From an uncultured Bacteroidales bacterium (GTDB lineage Bacteria; Bacteroidota; Bacteroidia; Bacteroidales; Paludibacteraceae): a stretch of DNA of 64,000 nt. The DNA lies in NCBI GenBank assembly GCA_903901975.1, contig CAIUTB010000003.1, positions 31,063-95,062 on the forward strand. Direction: 5' to 3'. The translations under genes and the position numbers were made by a program. Positions 56,123 through 64,000 of the stretch are shown piece after piece. The notes under the pieces are model-generated. The model saw only the letters and a program-made list of their open reading frames with translations. It was not told where the DNA came from and searched no databases. Position 1 is the stretch's first letter. Each line of letters begins with the position of its first letter.

Positions 56123-57898
56123 TTAAAATGAAACTGCAGCACCCAGCATAAAATTAATTCCCTGCACATCGTAGCCATAGAAATCCTGATACTGACTATT
56201 TATAAGGTTATTTATTTTGGCAAAAGCGCCGAGTTGTTTGTTGTACTGGTAATTCACACTGAGGTTAACATCCATTTTGTCCGGCATTGTGATAGCAACA
56301 CTGCCTAGTTTTGCAAAGCGACCACCTTCATAAAAACCATTAACCGCAACGCTGAAACTCTTATCGATTTTATAGCCTATATTCAGTTCGGCTTCGTATT
56401 TTGGCTTGTTCCAGGCGTATTGTTCAGTAGCCACATTCCAACCGTTATAGGCACCTTTCAACTCCACATTCAGAATATCCTGCCAGTGGTAGCTTATCCT
56501 CGCACCCACTTTTAACAATGTTGAATTACTGTAGATCACATTGAAACGATTGCTGAACAGCGAAGAATCAGCTACTGTCAAAGGTGTTGGAGCATTAATT
56601 AGCTTATATTCTTTATTCACGAAGAAATATTGATTATTTATCTGACGAAAATTCACATACGCATCAACCAACACATTATAAAATGGCTTCGCTTTTACTC
56701 CGGCAAAAAGATTCATAGGCGTGTAGGTATCGTTTACCCTAAGGTCGGAAAACAAATAAGGATTTTCAGCAAGGGTTTTATCCAGCGAATTCAGTTCGTA
56801 ACCGCCTGTTATTCCAGCGTAAACCGTAAGGACTTTCGGAAAAAGTTTCCACTCACCGCTAATATCCGCTGAAGGGCTAAAAATATTTCCTAGAACAAAT
56901 GAAACGGCTGATTTTACACCCAAGCGTACATTCCATTGTTCACGATCAATGCTATAATACGGATTCAGATTCAACACGGAATAAATATTCCAAAAATTGA
57001 AAGCAGGAATAGTGGTCGAATTATAAATCATATTATATAAATCCATATCAAGCCCCATTCGGTCTTTTTTGCTCGGAGAACTGAACTTTGCCACCGTATG
57101 AATCTGATGTTCTGTGAGTCCATTGATGGAACTGAAAAGATTGTACTTTACTTCAGCCTGATACCGAATATCTTTTGCCAAAGCAAGCGATTGTAAACCC
57201 ACCACGGAATTAAGTCGCCAGAACGTGTCGGCGCTCGGATCGGTTGCTAACGCATTTACTGTGTATAAACGGCTGGCTGAATTTACTCCTGTGCGATTTA
57301 TTTCGGAATAAATGGAACCTCCCTGGGTTATTGCTATCGAACTGAAATCTGCAATGGTATCCCGGTTGAAACTATTTCCATAATACTTTACATACTCATG
57401 ACCACCACCCACACCGGCGTAGAGATTAAAGGTTTTGAAAAGTTTTGAAAAAGAAATATCTGCTTTGCTGCTAGTGTGACATCGTTTTGCTTCAAGGGTT
57501 CCCAAATGATTCAAGGTCACATTCAGCAACATATCCGAAGTATTGATAAGCGGAAAAGCCGCATCAACGAGCGTGTTCAGGTAAGTTCCAAATCCAATAC
57601 GGGCAAAATTCTGTTTTCCTAGGTTCTTCTCTGTGGCTAATTCTGCAGCCGGTAGCGTATGAATATTGAAATCAGCATTCAGTGGCAGATTGAAATCACT
57701 GTACTTTGCTGCCATTCTCTCGACTTTGGATTCTAACACCTGAGGCAAAGAATTTATCTTACCAGCATCCTGAATAACTGGACGGTAGACACGTTCCACC
57801 AACACATTTCGGTTCAGAATAGTATCCTGCCCTTTTGCAATAATCCCGGCACCACTTAGAAATAGAAGAATAAGACCTAAATATTTTGAAGTTTTCAT
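56123..57898 (-). CDS. putative outer-membrane beta-barrel (porin-like) protein
   Basis: 591 aa. It has a signal peptide, an alternating beta-strand pattern rich in Y/N/G and a C-terminal ...GAAVSF. It lies 41 nt downstream of the TPR gene. Confidence 0.55.
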   Translation of the reverse strand: MKTSKYLGLILLFLSGAGIIAKGQDTILNRNVLVERVYRPVIQDAGKINSLPQVLESKVERMAAKYSDFNLPLNADFNIHTLPAAELATEKNLGKQNFARIGFGTYLNTLVDAAFPLINTSDMLLNVTLNHLGTLEAKRCHTSSKADISFSKLFKTFNLYAGVGGGHEYVKYYGNSFNRDTIADFSSIAITQGGSIYSEINRTGVNSASRLYTVNALATDPSADTFWRLNSVVGLQSLALAKDIRYQAEVKYNLFSSINGLTEHQIHTVAKFSSPSKKDRMGLDMDLYNMIYNSTTIPAFNFWNIYSVLNLNPYYSIDREQWNVRLGVKSAVSFVLGNIFSPSADISGEWKLFPKVLTVYAGITGGYELNSLDKTLAENPYLFSDLRVNDTYTPMNLFAGVKAKPFYNVLVDAYVNFRQINNQYFFVNKEYKLINAPTPLTVADSSLFSNRFNVIYSNSTLLKVGARISYHWQDILNVELKGAYNGWNVATEQYAWNKPKYEAELNIGYKIDKSFSVAVNGFYEGGRFAKLGSVAITMPDKMDVNLSVNYQYNKQLGAFAKINNLINSQYQDFYGYDVQGINFMLGAAVSF

Positions 57899-57939
57899 TG
57901 ATAGAGTTTTTCAATTGGTAAATGATAATTGGAAATTGA

Positions 57940-60900
57940 TTAATTGATAATGTTTTTCTTTTCCCTTTCATTGATTGCATTCAACCGTTCAGATATAAGT
58001 GTTTGAATCTCATCAACGGGTTTGTAATTTTTCTGCAGACTGAGCAGATATTGTTTGGCCTGAAAATCGTTATTCAGTTTGATATACATATCGGCAAGCA
58101 GTACAAAACTTCGCGCCAGCCAAAATTGATGTGGTGTGTTTTTCTTTGCAAATTCCATTACCGCCTTTTCTACATCGGTCATTTTTCCCTGATCAAAATA
58201 TAGGTTTGCCAGCAGGTAATTGGCTTCAGCACCAGTAGCCAATCGGGTATCAGCCGAAAGTATTTTCAAATCAACCATGGCTTCAGAATATTGATTCAGA
58301 GCCAGATAAGCTTTGGAACGGTTATAAAGAGCTTCTGTTTTCAGTTCATCACCGGAATGCGGATCGGCAGCAATTTCGTTAGCAATTTTCACGGTGGTTT
58401 GATAATCGTTCAGTAAAAAGCAGCAACGTAAAATTCCCAAACGACTGATATTTTTATTATCGGCATATTGTGCTACTGTTTCCAATTGTTTGTAATAAGT
58501 CAGTGCTGAAGCATAATCTTTGCGGTCGTAGGTAATTTCGGAACATCGCAAAGCTGCTTCTTCAGTATATTGATTTCCGTTTATCTTGAGTGCTTCCTGA
58601 TAAGCTTTCAACGCATTCACCTTGTCTTCGGTTACATAATAACTTTCGGCCAGATAGTATTGAGCCATACCCGCATATCGTGCATCCTGACCAAACTGAT
58701 TCAGGTAAGTCTGCAATCCGCTTATGGCTTTTGGATAATTCGCATTCATGTATTGATGCTCGGCAGCGATGTATGAGATTGAATCTTCTGTGCCCGATTT
58801 CGTTCCCATGCCCAGCGTTTTGATATAAGTCATATATTTTGAGACTTCATTGTTTTCGATTGAAACCGTTTGCAGGCTTTCGAGAGCTGTGTTAGCTTCT
58901 TCCGTACCCGGATAGTTGGCTATCACATTTTTATAAGCTGCAATTGCATGGTCGTAGTTTTTGTCGTTGAAATAAATCATACCGATTTCCAGAGCTGCTT
59001 TGCGGGCTAAATCAGCGCCTGGTTTCAGTTCGAGTAAACGTTGATACGTTGCAATGGCTTTCGCATTATTTTCGAGCATCAGCCAGGCTCGCCCAATTTC
59101 ATAAAGCGCATTATCTACATATCCCGAGCTTGGAAACTGACTTATCAGACTTTCCAGTTTGCTTATTTTGAATTCATAATTTTTCTGTAATCCCGTCACA
59201 TAAGCAGCCTGAAACAAGGAATAATCAGCTGAGGCAGGGCTAGTCGATGCCGCTTTGCTGTAAAATGTCTGTGCTTTGCCAAAATTGCGGTTATTAAAAT
59301 AACAATCACCAATGCGGTTCATCGCGTCGGGATAACTTGTGGCCTTCATATTGTTTTCGCCGTCAATATATTTCAAAAACCAGTTGAGTGATTCGCTGTA
59401 GTTTTTCTTTGAAAAATAGGAATAAGCCATCAAGTAATTGGCCATAACCTGATTCGCACTCGAGTTCAGGTTGCTGTTATTGAAAAATGTTTTCAAATCG
59501 CCTATAGCCTGCTCAGGTTGGTTTATGCGATACTTACTTTCGGCACGCCAGTACAGACATTCAGCTGAATACTTTCCGGCAGGAGCAAATTCCAACGCCA
59601 GCGTAAAACGACTGATGGCTTTTTCAAAATTATTCTGAACAAAAGCTTCCGTACCTAATTGATATAGAATGTATTGTTTGGTTTCAAGGAATGCAGCACT
59701 GGCCGATTTAATTTTCTGAACGGACTGATAGGCAACTTCATAGTTTTTGGTAGTCAGATAAACGGTTGACAAATAATCGAAAGCTTTTTCGGCGTGTTTC
59801 GAATTCGGAAATTCATTCAGAAACTGTTCAAAAGCCGAAATGGACTCACCAAAAGCCGAAGTTGATTCGTAGCAAGTCAATGCGTAATTAAACAGAGCTT
59901 CTTCCCGAACGGATGTATTGAAATTACTTATCAGTGAAGCTTCAAAAGCCAGTTTGGCATTTGCAAAATCTTTTAGTTTAAGGCATGCATTTCCCAAATG
60001 CATATAGGCATTCTCGGTCATTTCATCTTTTTCATTCGTAGCCTTCGACAAGTACTGAACAGCATTGCTGTAATTTTTGGTTTGAAAATACGATAATCCC
60101 AATAAATACATATCGTTTCGAAGTACTTGTGAGAATAGTTTTTCATAACTTTTCAGGTAACTGATCGCTTTTTCATAATTCTGTTTTCGGTAGGCAATTT
60201 CGCCGGCAATGCGGTATATTTCAGCATTATTCTTATTCTCCGGATTGTTTTTAAGCAGAATATCTGCGCGGTCATTCAGTTTTTCATAGTCCTTTTGCGC
60301 ATAATAAATCTGCACTATGTAATAAGCAACGATGGTTTTATACTGTGGATTGTTTTCAAGTTTTAGAAACTCCGCCAAAGCTGCAGTATAATTTTTCAGA
60401 CAATATTCCGAGTAAGCAAAATAATAAGCTGATGAAAACTTGTATGCAGTATCCTGTTCCTTCAAATTTTTATAGATGGTCGAAGCAGTGGAGTAATTTT
60501 TCGTTTGAATGGCAGCATAAGCCTTTGAAAACAAACATTCTGTCTGACTATTTTGTCCCAAATGAGTTGTATTCACCTGATTAAAATATTGCATGGCGAG
60601 TACGAAGTTTTTAGTATCCGCTACCATCCGTCCGAGCCGGTAATTTACTTCATCCGCAAAAACTGTATTCGGGTATTTTGTCAAAAACACTTTCAACAGA
60701 TTAGCAGCATTCTGTTGATGCAATTCATAAGCATTAGCAGCAAAATAAAATTCAGCTTCTTCTAACTGACCGGCCTGTTCTATCTCAGCATTTTTTAAGA
60801 ATTCAACAAAACAAGGATACGAAGCAGCAAATTTGCCCTGAGCAAAAAGCTCTTTTCCTTTGATAAACTGTGCATCGGGATGTGTAAACACCTGACCATG

Positions 60901-60963
60901 TTGAGCAAAACCAGTGACCAAACATGTGATAAACAGCAGGTTTATAATTATTATTTTTCTCAT
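57940..60963 (-). CDS. large secreted tetratricopeptide-repeat protein
   Basis: 1007 aa. A signal peptide is followed by many 34-residue TPR-like units (A..Y..A....NY..A...Y). Confidence 0.85.
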   Translation of the reverse strand: MRKIIIINLLFITCLVTGFAQHGQVFTHPDAQFIKGKELFAQGKFAASYPCFVEFLKNAEIEQAGQLEEAEFYFAANAYELHQQNAANLLKVFLTKYPNTVFADEVNYRLGRMVADTKNFVLAMQYFNQVNTTHLGQNSQTECLFSKAYAAIQTKNYSTASTIYKNLKEQDTAYKFSSAYYFAYSEYCLKNYTAALAEFLKLENNPQYKTIVAYYIVQIYYAQKDYEKLNDRADILLKNNPENKNNAEIYRIAGEIAYRKQNYEKAISYLKSYEKLFSQVLRNDMYLLGLSYFQTKNYSNAVQYLSKATNEKDEMTENAYMHLGNACLKLKDFANAKLAFEASLISNFNTSVREEALFNYALTCYESTSAFGESISAFEQFLNEFPNSKHAEKAFDYLSTVYLTTKNYEVAYQSVQKIKSASAAFLETKQYILYQLGTEAFVQNNFEKAISRFTLALEFAPAGKYSAECLYWRAESKYRINQPEQAIGDLKTFFNNSNLNSSANQVMANYLMAYSYFSKKNYSESLNWFLKYIDGENNMKATSYPDAMNRIGDCYFNNRNFGKAQTFYSKAASTSPASADYSLFQAAYVTGLQKNYEFKISKLESLISQFPSSGYVDNALYEIGRAWLMLENNAKAIATYQRLLELKPGADLARKAALEIGMIYFNDKNYDHAIAAYKNVIANYPGTEEANTALESLQTVSIENNEVSKYMTYIKTLGMGTKSGTEDSISYIAAEHQYMNANYPKAISGLQTYLNQFGQDARYAGMAQYYLAESYYVTEDKVNALKAYQEALKINGNQYTEEAALRCSEITYDRKDYASALTYYKQLETVAQYADNKNISRLGILRCCFLLNDYQTTVKIANEIAADPHSGDELKTEALYNRSKAYLALNQYSEAMVDLKILSADTRLATGAEANYLLANLYFDQGKMTDVEKAVMEFAKKNTPHQFWLARSFVLLADMYIKLNNDFQAKQYLLSLQKNYKPVDEIQTLISERLNAINEREKKNIIN

Positions 60964-60982
60964 TGTATAATTAGAATTAGAA

Positions 60983-61086
60983 GCCCCTAAATCCCCTAAA
61001 GGGGACTTTGAGAATACTTTTGATTTTAATATTTTCGTTGATTAGACACCATAATACTTGTCATTCCCCTTTAGAGGTTAGTGGTC
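60983..61086. repeat. MITE/Correia-like inverted-repeat element, copy D (nudix-TPR spacer)
   Basis: The left terminus is GCCCCTAAATCCCCTAAAGGGGA (60983-61005). The right terminus is the degenerate TCCCCTTTAGAGGTTAGTGGTC (61065-61086). The interior is AT-rich. Confidence 0.8.
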
Positions 61087-61600
61087 GTTTTTCTAAAAAT
61101 ATTCCCACAGCTTTCTGAATGGAATTCAACCCGAAAAGTTCCGGCTTTAATTCCTTTAAGGGCACAAACCAACAATCTTCGACATCGTCAGCAGGTTTCA
61201 GATTTTCGATGCTTTCCAACTTGCAGCTAAAAAACAGATCAAGCGTTGGAACGCTTAAGCCGCTGTAAAGATATTCGTTCGGCAACGAAAATTTATAAGT
61301 AACTTCAATGACTTTAGCTCCCAATTCTTCCTCAATTTCACGAATGATGGCTTCTTCGGCACTTTCATTTTCATCCACAAATCCGCCGGGTAAATCCAGT
61401 GTCCCTTTTTCCGGTTCTTTCCCTCGTTTACAAACCAGCAATTCGTTTACATCATTCTGAATAAAACCCGCCACTGCAGCTGATGCGTTCATATAGAAAA
61501 CAAAATCACAGGATTCACAACGTTTAGATTTGCTGTTGTTTAAAACATATTTTTCTGAACCACAAGCCGGACAGTGCGTAAATAAGCTTGAAAAATGCAT
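61061..61600 (-). CDS. NUDIX hydrolase with N-terminal zinc ribbon (NudC-like)
   Basis: 179 aa with CPACGS...CESCDF and the Nudix box GGFVDENESAEEAIIREIEEELG. The last 8 codons and the stop lie inside repeat copy D. Confidence 0.85.
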   Translation of the reverse strand: MHFSSLFTHCPACGSEKYVLNNSKSKRCESCDFVFYMNASAAVAGFIQNDVNELLVCKRGKEPEKGTLDLPGGFVDENESAEEAIIREIEEELGAKVIEVTYKFSLPNEYLYSGLSVPTLDLFFSCKLESIENLKPADDVEDCWFVPLKELKPELFGLNSIQKAVGIFLEKRPLTSKGE

Positions 61601-61628
61601 AGAATAGCTGTTTATTCGTTGGTAGTAG

Positions 61629-61636
61629 CAAAGATA
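61629..61636 (-). promoter_or_regulatory. candidate -7 box TATCTTTG for the Nudix gene
   Basis: The plus strand reads CAAAGATA, 29 nt upstream of the ATG at 61600. Confidence 0.35.
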
Positions 61637-61677
61637 CTATTTTTTAGTTTAGAGTTCAACGGTTAGGTTGGCATTTT

Positions 61678-61910
61678 GGTTGAATGGGTTGATTAAGTTG
61701 AATTAAGTTGACTGGGTTGAATAAGTTGAATAAGTTTATTGAGTTGAATGGGTTGATTAGGGTTATTAGGTAAAAGGCAAATTTGTTGGAACATTTTTGA
61801 CTTGAATAATTTTCACGCAAAGAACATAACTATAATAACCCAGTAACCTTAATGAACTTATTCAACTTATTCAACCTAGTCAACTAAATCAACCCAATCA
61901 ACTCAATAAC
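61678..61910. repeat. large imperfect palindrome built from GTTGAWTRR words
   Basis: Positions 61707-61740 and 61851-61884 are reverse complements with 32/34 matches. Pairing extends outward to about 61678 and 61910 with one 10-nt bulge. About 12 direct word units lie on the left and about 9 inverted units on the right. Confidence 0.8.
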
Positions 61911-62046
61911 TATATAAACTTCTGACTAAACAAATATCATTCCTAAAACGAAAAAACTCACTTATTGGTATGTGAAAAATCTCTTTCTATGTCTTTTGCT
62001 GTTAATAACTTTTTGCTAAACGGTTTATTTATTGCATTTAAAATAC

Positions 62047-62054
62047 TATTTTTG
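62047..62054 (+). promoter_or_regulatory. candidate -7 box TATTTTTG upstream of the TPR gene
   Basis: It lies within AATACTATTTTTGCAG (62042-62057), 17 nt upstream of the ATG at 62071. Confidence 0.45.
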
Positions 62055-62070
62055 CAGAAAATAAAAAGAT

Positions 62071-63450
62071 ATGAGCCGCAAATTATCTTTTTCAATGGAT
62101 GATGAATCCGGTGATTTAGTACAGCGATATGAACAATTTCTTTCCGGAAAAGCCAATGGCTATTTCGATGTGGAAGAATTGGAAAATATCGTGGAATACT
62201 ATCTCCGTCGTGGTCGTACTAAAGATTGCAATAAAGCCATTGATTTGGGCCTACAACTGCATCCCAACAACAGCGCTTTGAAAACTAAACGCGCTAAAAT
62301 CTACCTGATAACCGGTGACGATCAGAAAGCATTCCGTGTGCTGGATTCTCTGGCCGAATCAACAGATTACGAAGTTGTTTTGCTGAAAATTGAAGTGTTG
62401 TTAAAGTTGGGAAGGCTTGTTGATGCCAGTCAGCTGACAGATAGATTACTTGCTGATGAGTCTGAGGATTTGGATAATGTTTACCTCGATATTGCTTATT
62501 TATATCTTGGTCAGAGCGATAATGAAACCGCGCTGGGATTACTCGAAAAAGGTTTTAATTTCAACAACCAAAATCCCGAATTACTTTACGAATTGGCTTT
62601 TTGCTACGAACAGCAGGAAAATTTTGATAAGGCCATTGATATTAACCATCAAATAATTGACATTGATCCTTTTGCAAATGAGGCCTGGTTTAACCTTGGT
62701 CAGTTATATTTCGCTCAGATGGATTTTCCAAAAGCCCTAGAAGCTTATGAATATGCATTGGCAGTGGATGAAAATGATTCCCTGACTTGTATTCAAAAAG
62801 CTCATGTACACTTTCAACTCAACCAATTTGAAGAAGCCATTGAAACCTATCTTGAGTACAAGAAATTAACGAATTACGGGCATTGGCAAACAGACATTTT
62901 TATTGCCGAAAGCTATGAAAAACTCGAAAAATTTGATGACGCAATTGTTTATTACAGAAAATCACTGGAAGAACAACCCGAAAACTATGAAGCCCTGACC
63001 GGAATTGCTATTTGTCTGCTCGAACAGGAACGCTTTGTAGAAAGTATGCCCTATATTGAAAAAGCCTTAGTTATAAACCCTGATGCTCCTGATGCATGGG
63101 TTTATATGGCTGAAACATATATTGGATTAGATGACGTTGATAAAGCCTTATTGGCTTATATTAAGTCTGTTTCGATTGACCCTGAACAACCTGATACACT
63201 TATGGCCATAGCGAATATATGCCTCGAAAAAGCAGAGTTTGAACTGGCTATCAAATACTATTTTGCTGCTCGCGAACTCGATGAATACCTTGAGTTTGTC
63301 AATCTTTTTATTGCTGTTTCCTGGTTCAAGCTAGGTGATCTACACAAAGCAGCGGAATATCTACACAAAGCAGTTGAGATGGATAAAGACGCCAACATCC
63401 TGTTTTTGGAGCTATGTCCCGAGGCCGAACATCTTGATAATCTACTTTAA
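62071..63450 (+). CDS. cytoplasmic tetratricopeptide-repeat protein
   Basis: 459 aa with repeated TPR units (A...Y..AL..DP....A....). Confidence 0.85.
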   Translation: MSRKLSFSMDDESGDLVQRYEQFLSGKANGYFDVEELENIVEYYLRRGRTKDCNKAIDLGLQLHPNNSALKTKRAKIYLITGDDQKAFRVLDSLAESTDYEVVLLKIEVLLKLGRLVDASQLTDRLLADESEDLDNVYLDIAYLYLGQSDNETALGLLEKGFNFNNQNPELLYELAFCYEQQENFDKAIDINHQIIDIDPFANEAWFNLGQLYFAQMDFPKALEAYEYALAVDENDSLTCIQKAHVHFQLNQFEEAIETYLEYKKLTNYGHWQTDIFIAESYEKLEKFDDAIVYYRKSLEEQPENYEALTGIAICLLEQERFVESMPYIEKALVINPDAPDAWVYMAETYIGLDDVDKALLAYIKSVSIDPEQPDTLMAIANICLEKAEFELAIKYYFAARELDEYLEFVNLFIAVSWFKLGDLHKAAEYLHKAVEMDKDANILFLELCPEAEHLDNLL

Positions 63451-63465
63451 TTTTACACAATATCT

Positions 63466-64000
63466 ATGACTAAGAATATTCTCATCATTTTATTTCTCAT
63501 TTTATCATTTTTCAAGGGAAATGCTGCAGAACAGCTACAATCTGGTCAACTGGCACAAACTACTATCAAATCGCTAAGTTTTATTCAGCATATTGAATCC
63601 TGGTATAAAGAAAATACTAATTATTACAGTATTACGGTATTGATGGCATGCGAAAGTTCCATTTTACCTGTGCCCTCGGAAATGGTAATTCCACCTGCCG
63701 TTTATGTAGCAATGGAACCGGACAGTAAATTGAGTATCTTTTGGATTATCATTTTCGGAACGATTGGGGCATTAATTGGGGCATCGTTTAATTACGTGAT
63801 GTCAATGTGGTTAGGACGTCTGGTAGTCTATAAATTTGCCGACAGCAAATTGGGAAAAGTGTTTTTGTTAAGTAGTCAGAAAATACAAAAGTCAGAAGCC
63901 TATTTCAACGAACATGGAAAAACATCTACTTTTGTTGGACGATTTATCCCTGTAATCCGTCACCTTATTTCCATTCCTGCCGGGCTAGCTAAAATGAATT
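63466..64000 (+). CDS. DedA/SNARE-associated family membrane protein, N-terminal part (3' end outside the window)
   Basis: Translated by hand from the ATG at 63466 and open to the window end. It contains ...ESSILPVPSE...FGT.GAL.GA..NY... and the DedA signature GRFIPVIRHLISIPAG. Confidence 0.8.
   Translation, partial: MTKNILIILFLILSFFKGNAAEQLQSGQLAQTTIKSLSFIQHIESWYKENTNYYSITVLMACESSILPVPSEMVIPPAVYVAMEPDSKLSIFWIIIFGTIGALIGASFNYVMSMWLGRLVVYKFADSKLGKVFLLSSQKIQKSEAYFNEHGKTSTFVGRFIPVIRHLISIPAGLAKMN

Noticed and set aside
57940-60963. Assigning the 1007-aa TPR protein as T9SS component PorW/SprE
   Set aside because: Size and TPR content are compatible, but I cannot see family-specific motifs or T9SS neighbours. 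It is left as a generic TPR protein.
61678-61910. CRISPR array interpretation of the word arrays and stutter spacers
   Set aside because: The units are 7-15 bp, degenerate and contiguous, with no unique spacers of about 30 bp. No cas genes are present.

Overview
This is a chromosomal, mostly housekeeping segment that looks like a Bacteroidota genome. Supporting signs are a T9SS-type C-terminal sorting domain, TAnnTTTG -7 promoter motifs, S46 and C69 peptidases, and a dcw cluster of Bacteroidota type. I found no rRNA, tRNA, CRISPR array, transposase or phage genes.

Gene content in order:
- lspA tail, a secreted T9SS substrate, a globin-like protein and tal.
- SPFH, EamA, truA, an acyl-CoA ligase and purU.
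- A GT4 glycosyltransferase with a flippase-like membrane protein, then a C69 dipeptidase.
- A polyamine block: aguA-aguB, queC, carboxy(nor)spermidine dehydrogenase, a GxxExxY insert, nspC.
- aroB, dapB, lepB, wbqC-like, ilvE, rimM.
- The full dcw cluster mraZ-rsmH-ftsL-ftsI-murE-mraY-murD-ftsW-murG-murC-ftsQ-ftsA-ftsZ.
- An aromatic amino-acid operon (pheA, aminotransferase, DAHP synthase/chorismate mutase).
- A NikR-like regulator with a TonB-dependent receptor, an NfnAB-like pair, an S46 peptidase, a porin-like protein with a large TPR protein, a Nudix hydrolase, a second TPR protein and a DedA fragment.

The interesting signals are non-coding:
1. A 17-codon Phe/Tyr-rich leader peptide (MVNRFFTYFYFYFYFSR) with mutually exclusive antiterminator and terminator hairpins sits upstream of pheA.
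2. Four copies of a roughly 105-137 bp MITE/Correia-like element carry terminal inverted repeats built on the palindrome CCCCTAAAGGGG. They supply stop codons, C-terminal tails and apparently the rsmH start codon.
3. A roughly 230 bp imperfect palindrome made of GTTGAWTRR words lies in a divergent promoter region.
4. A limited vocabulary of stuttered words recurs in short intergenic spacers.
5. The NikR homologue has all four canonical nickel ligands substituted.

All functional assignments come from reading the translated ORFs and motifs. No database search was possible.
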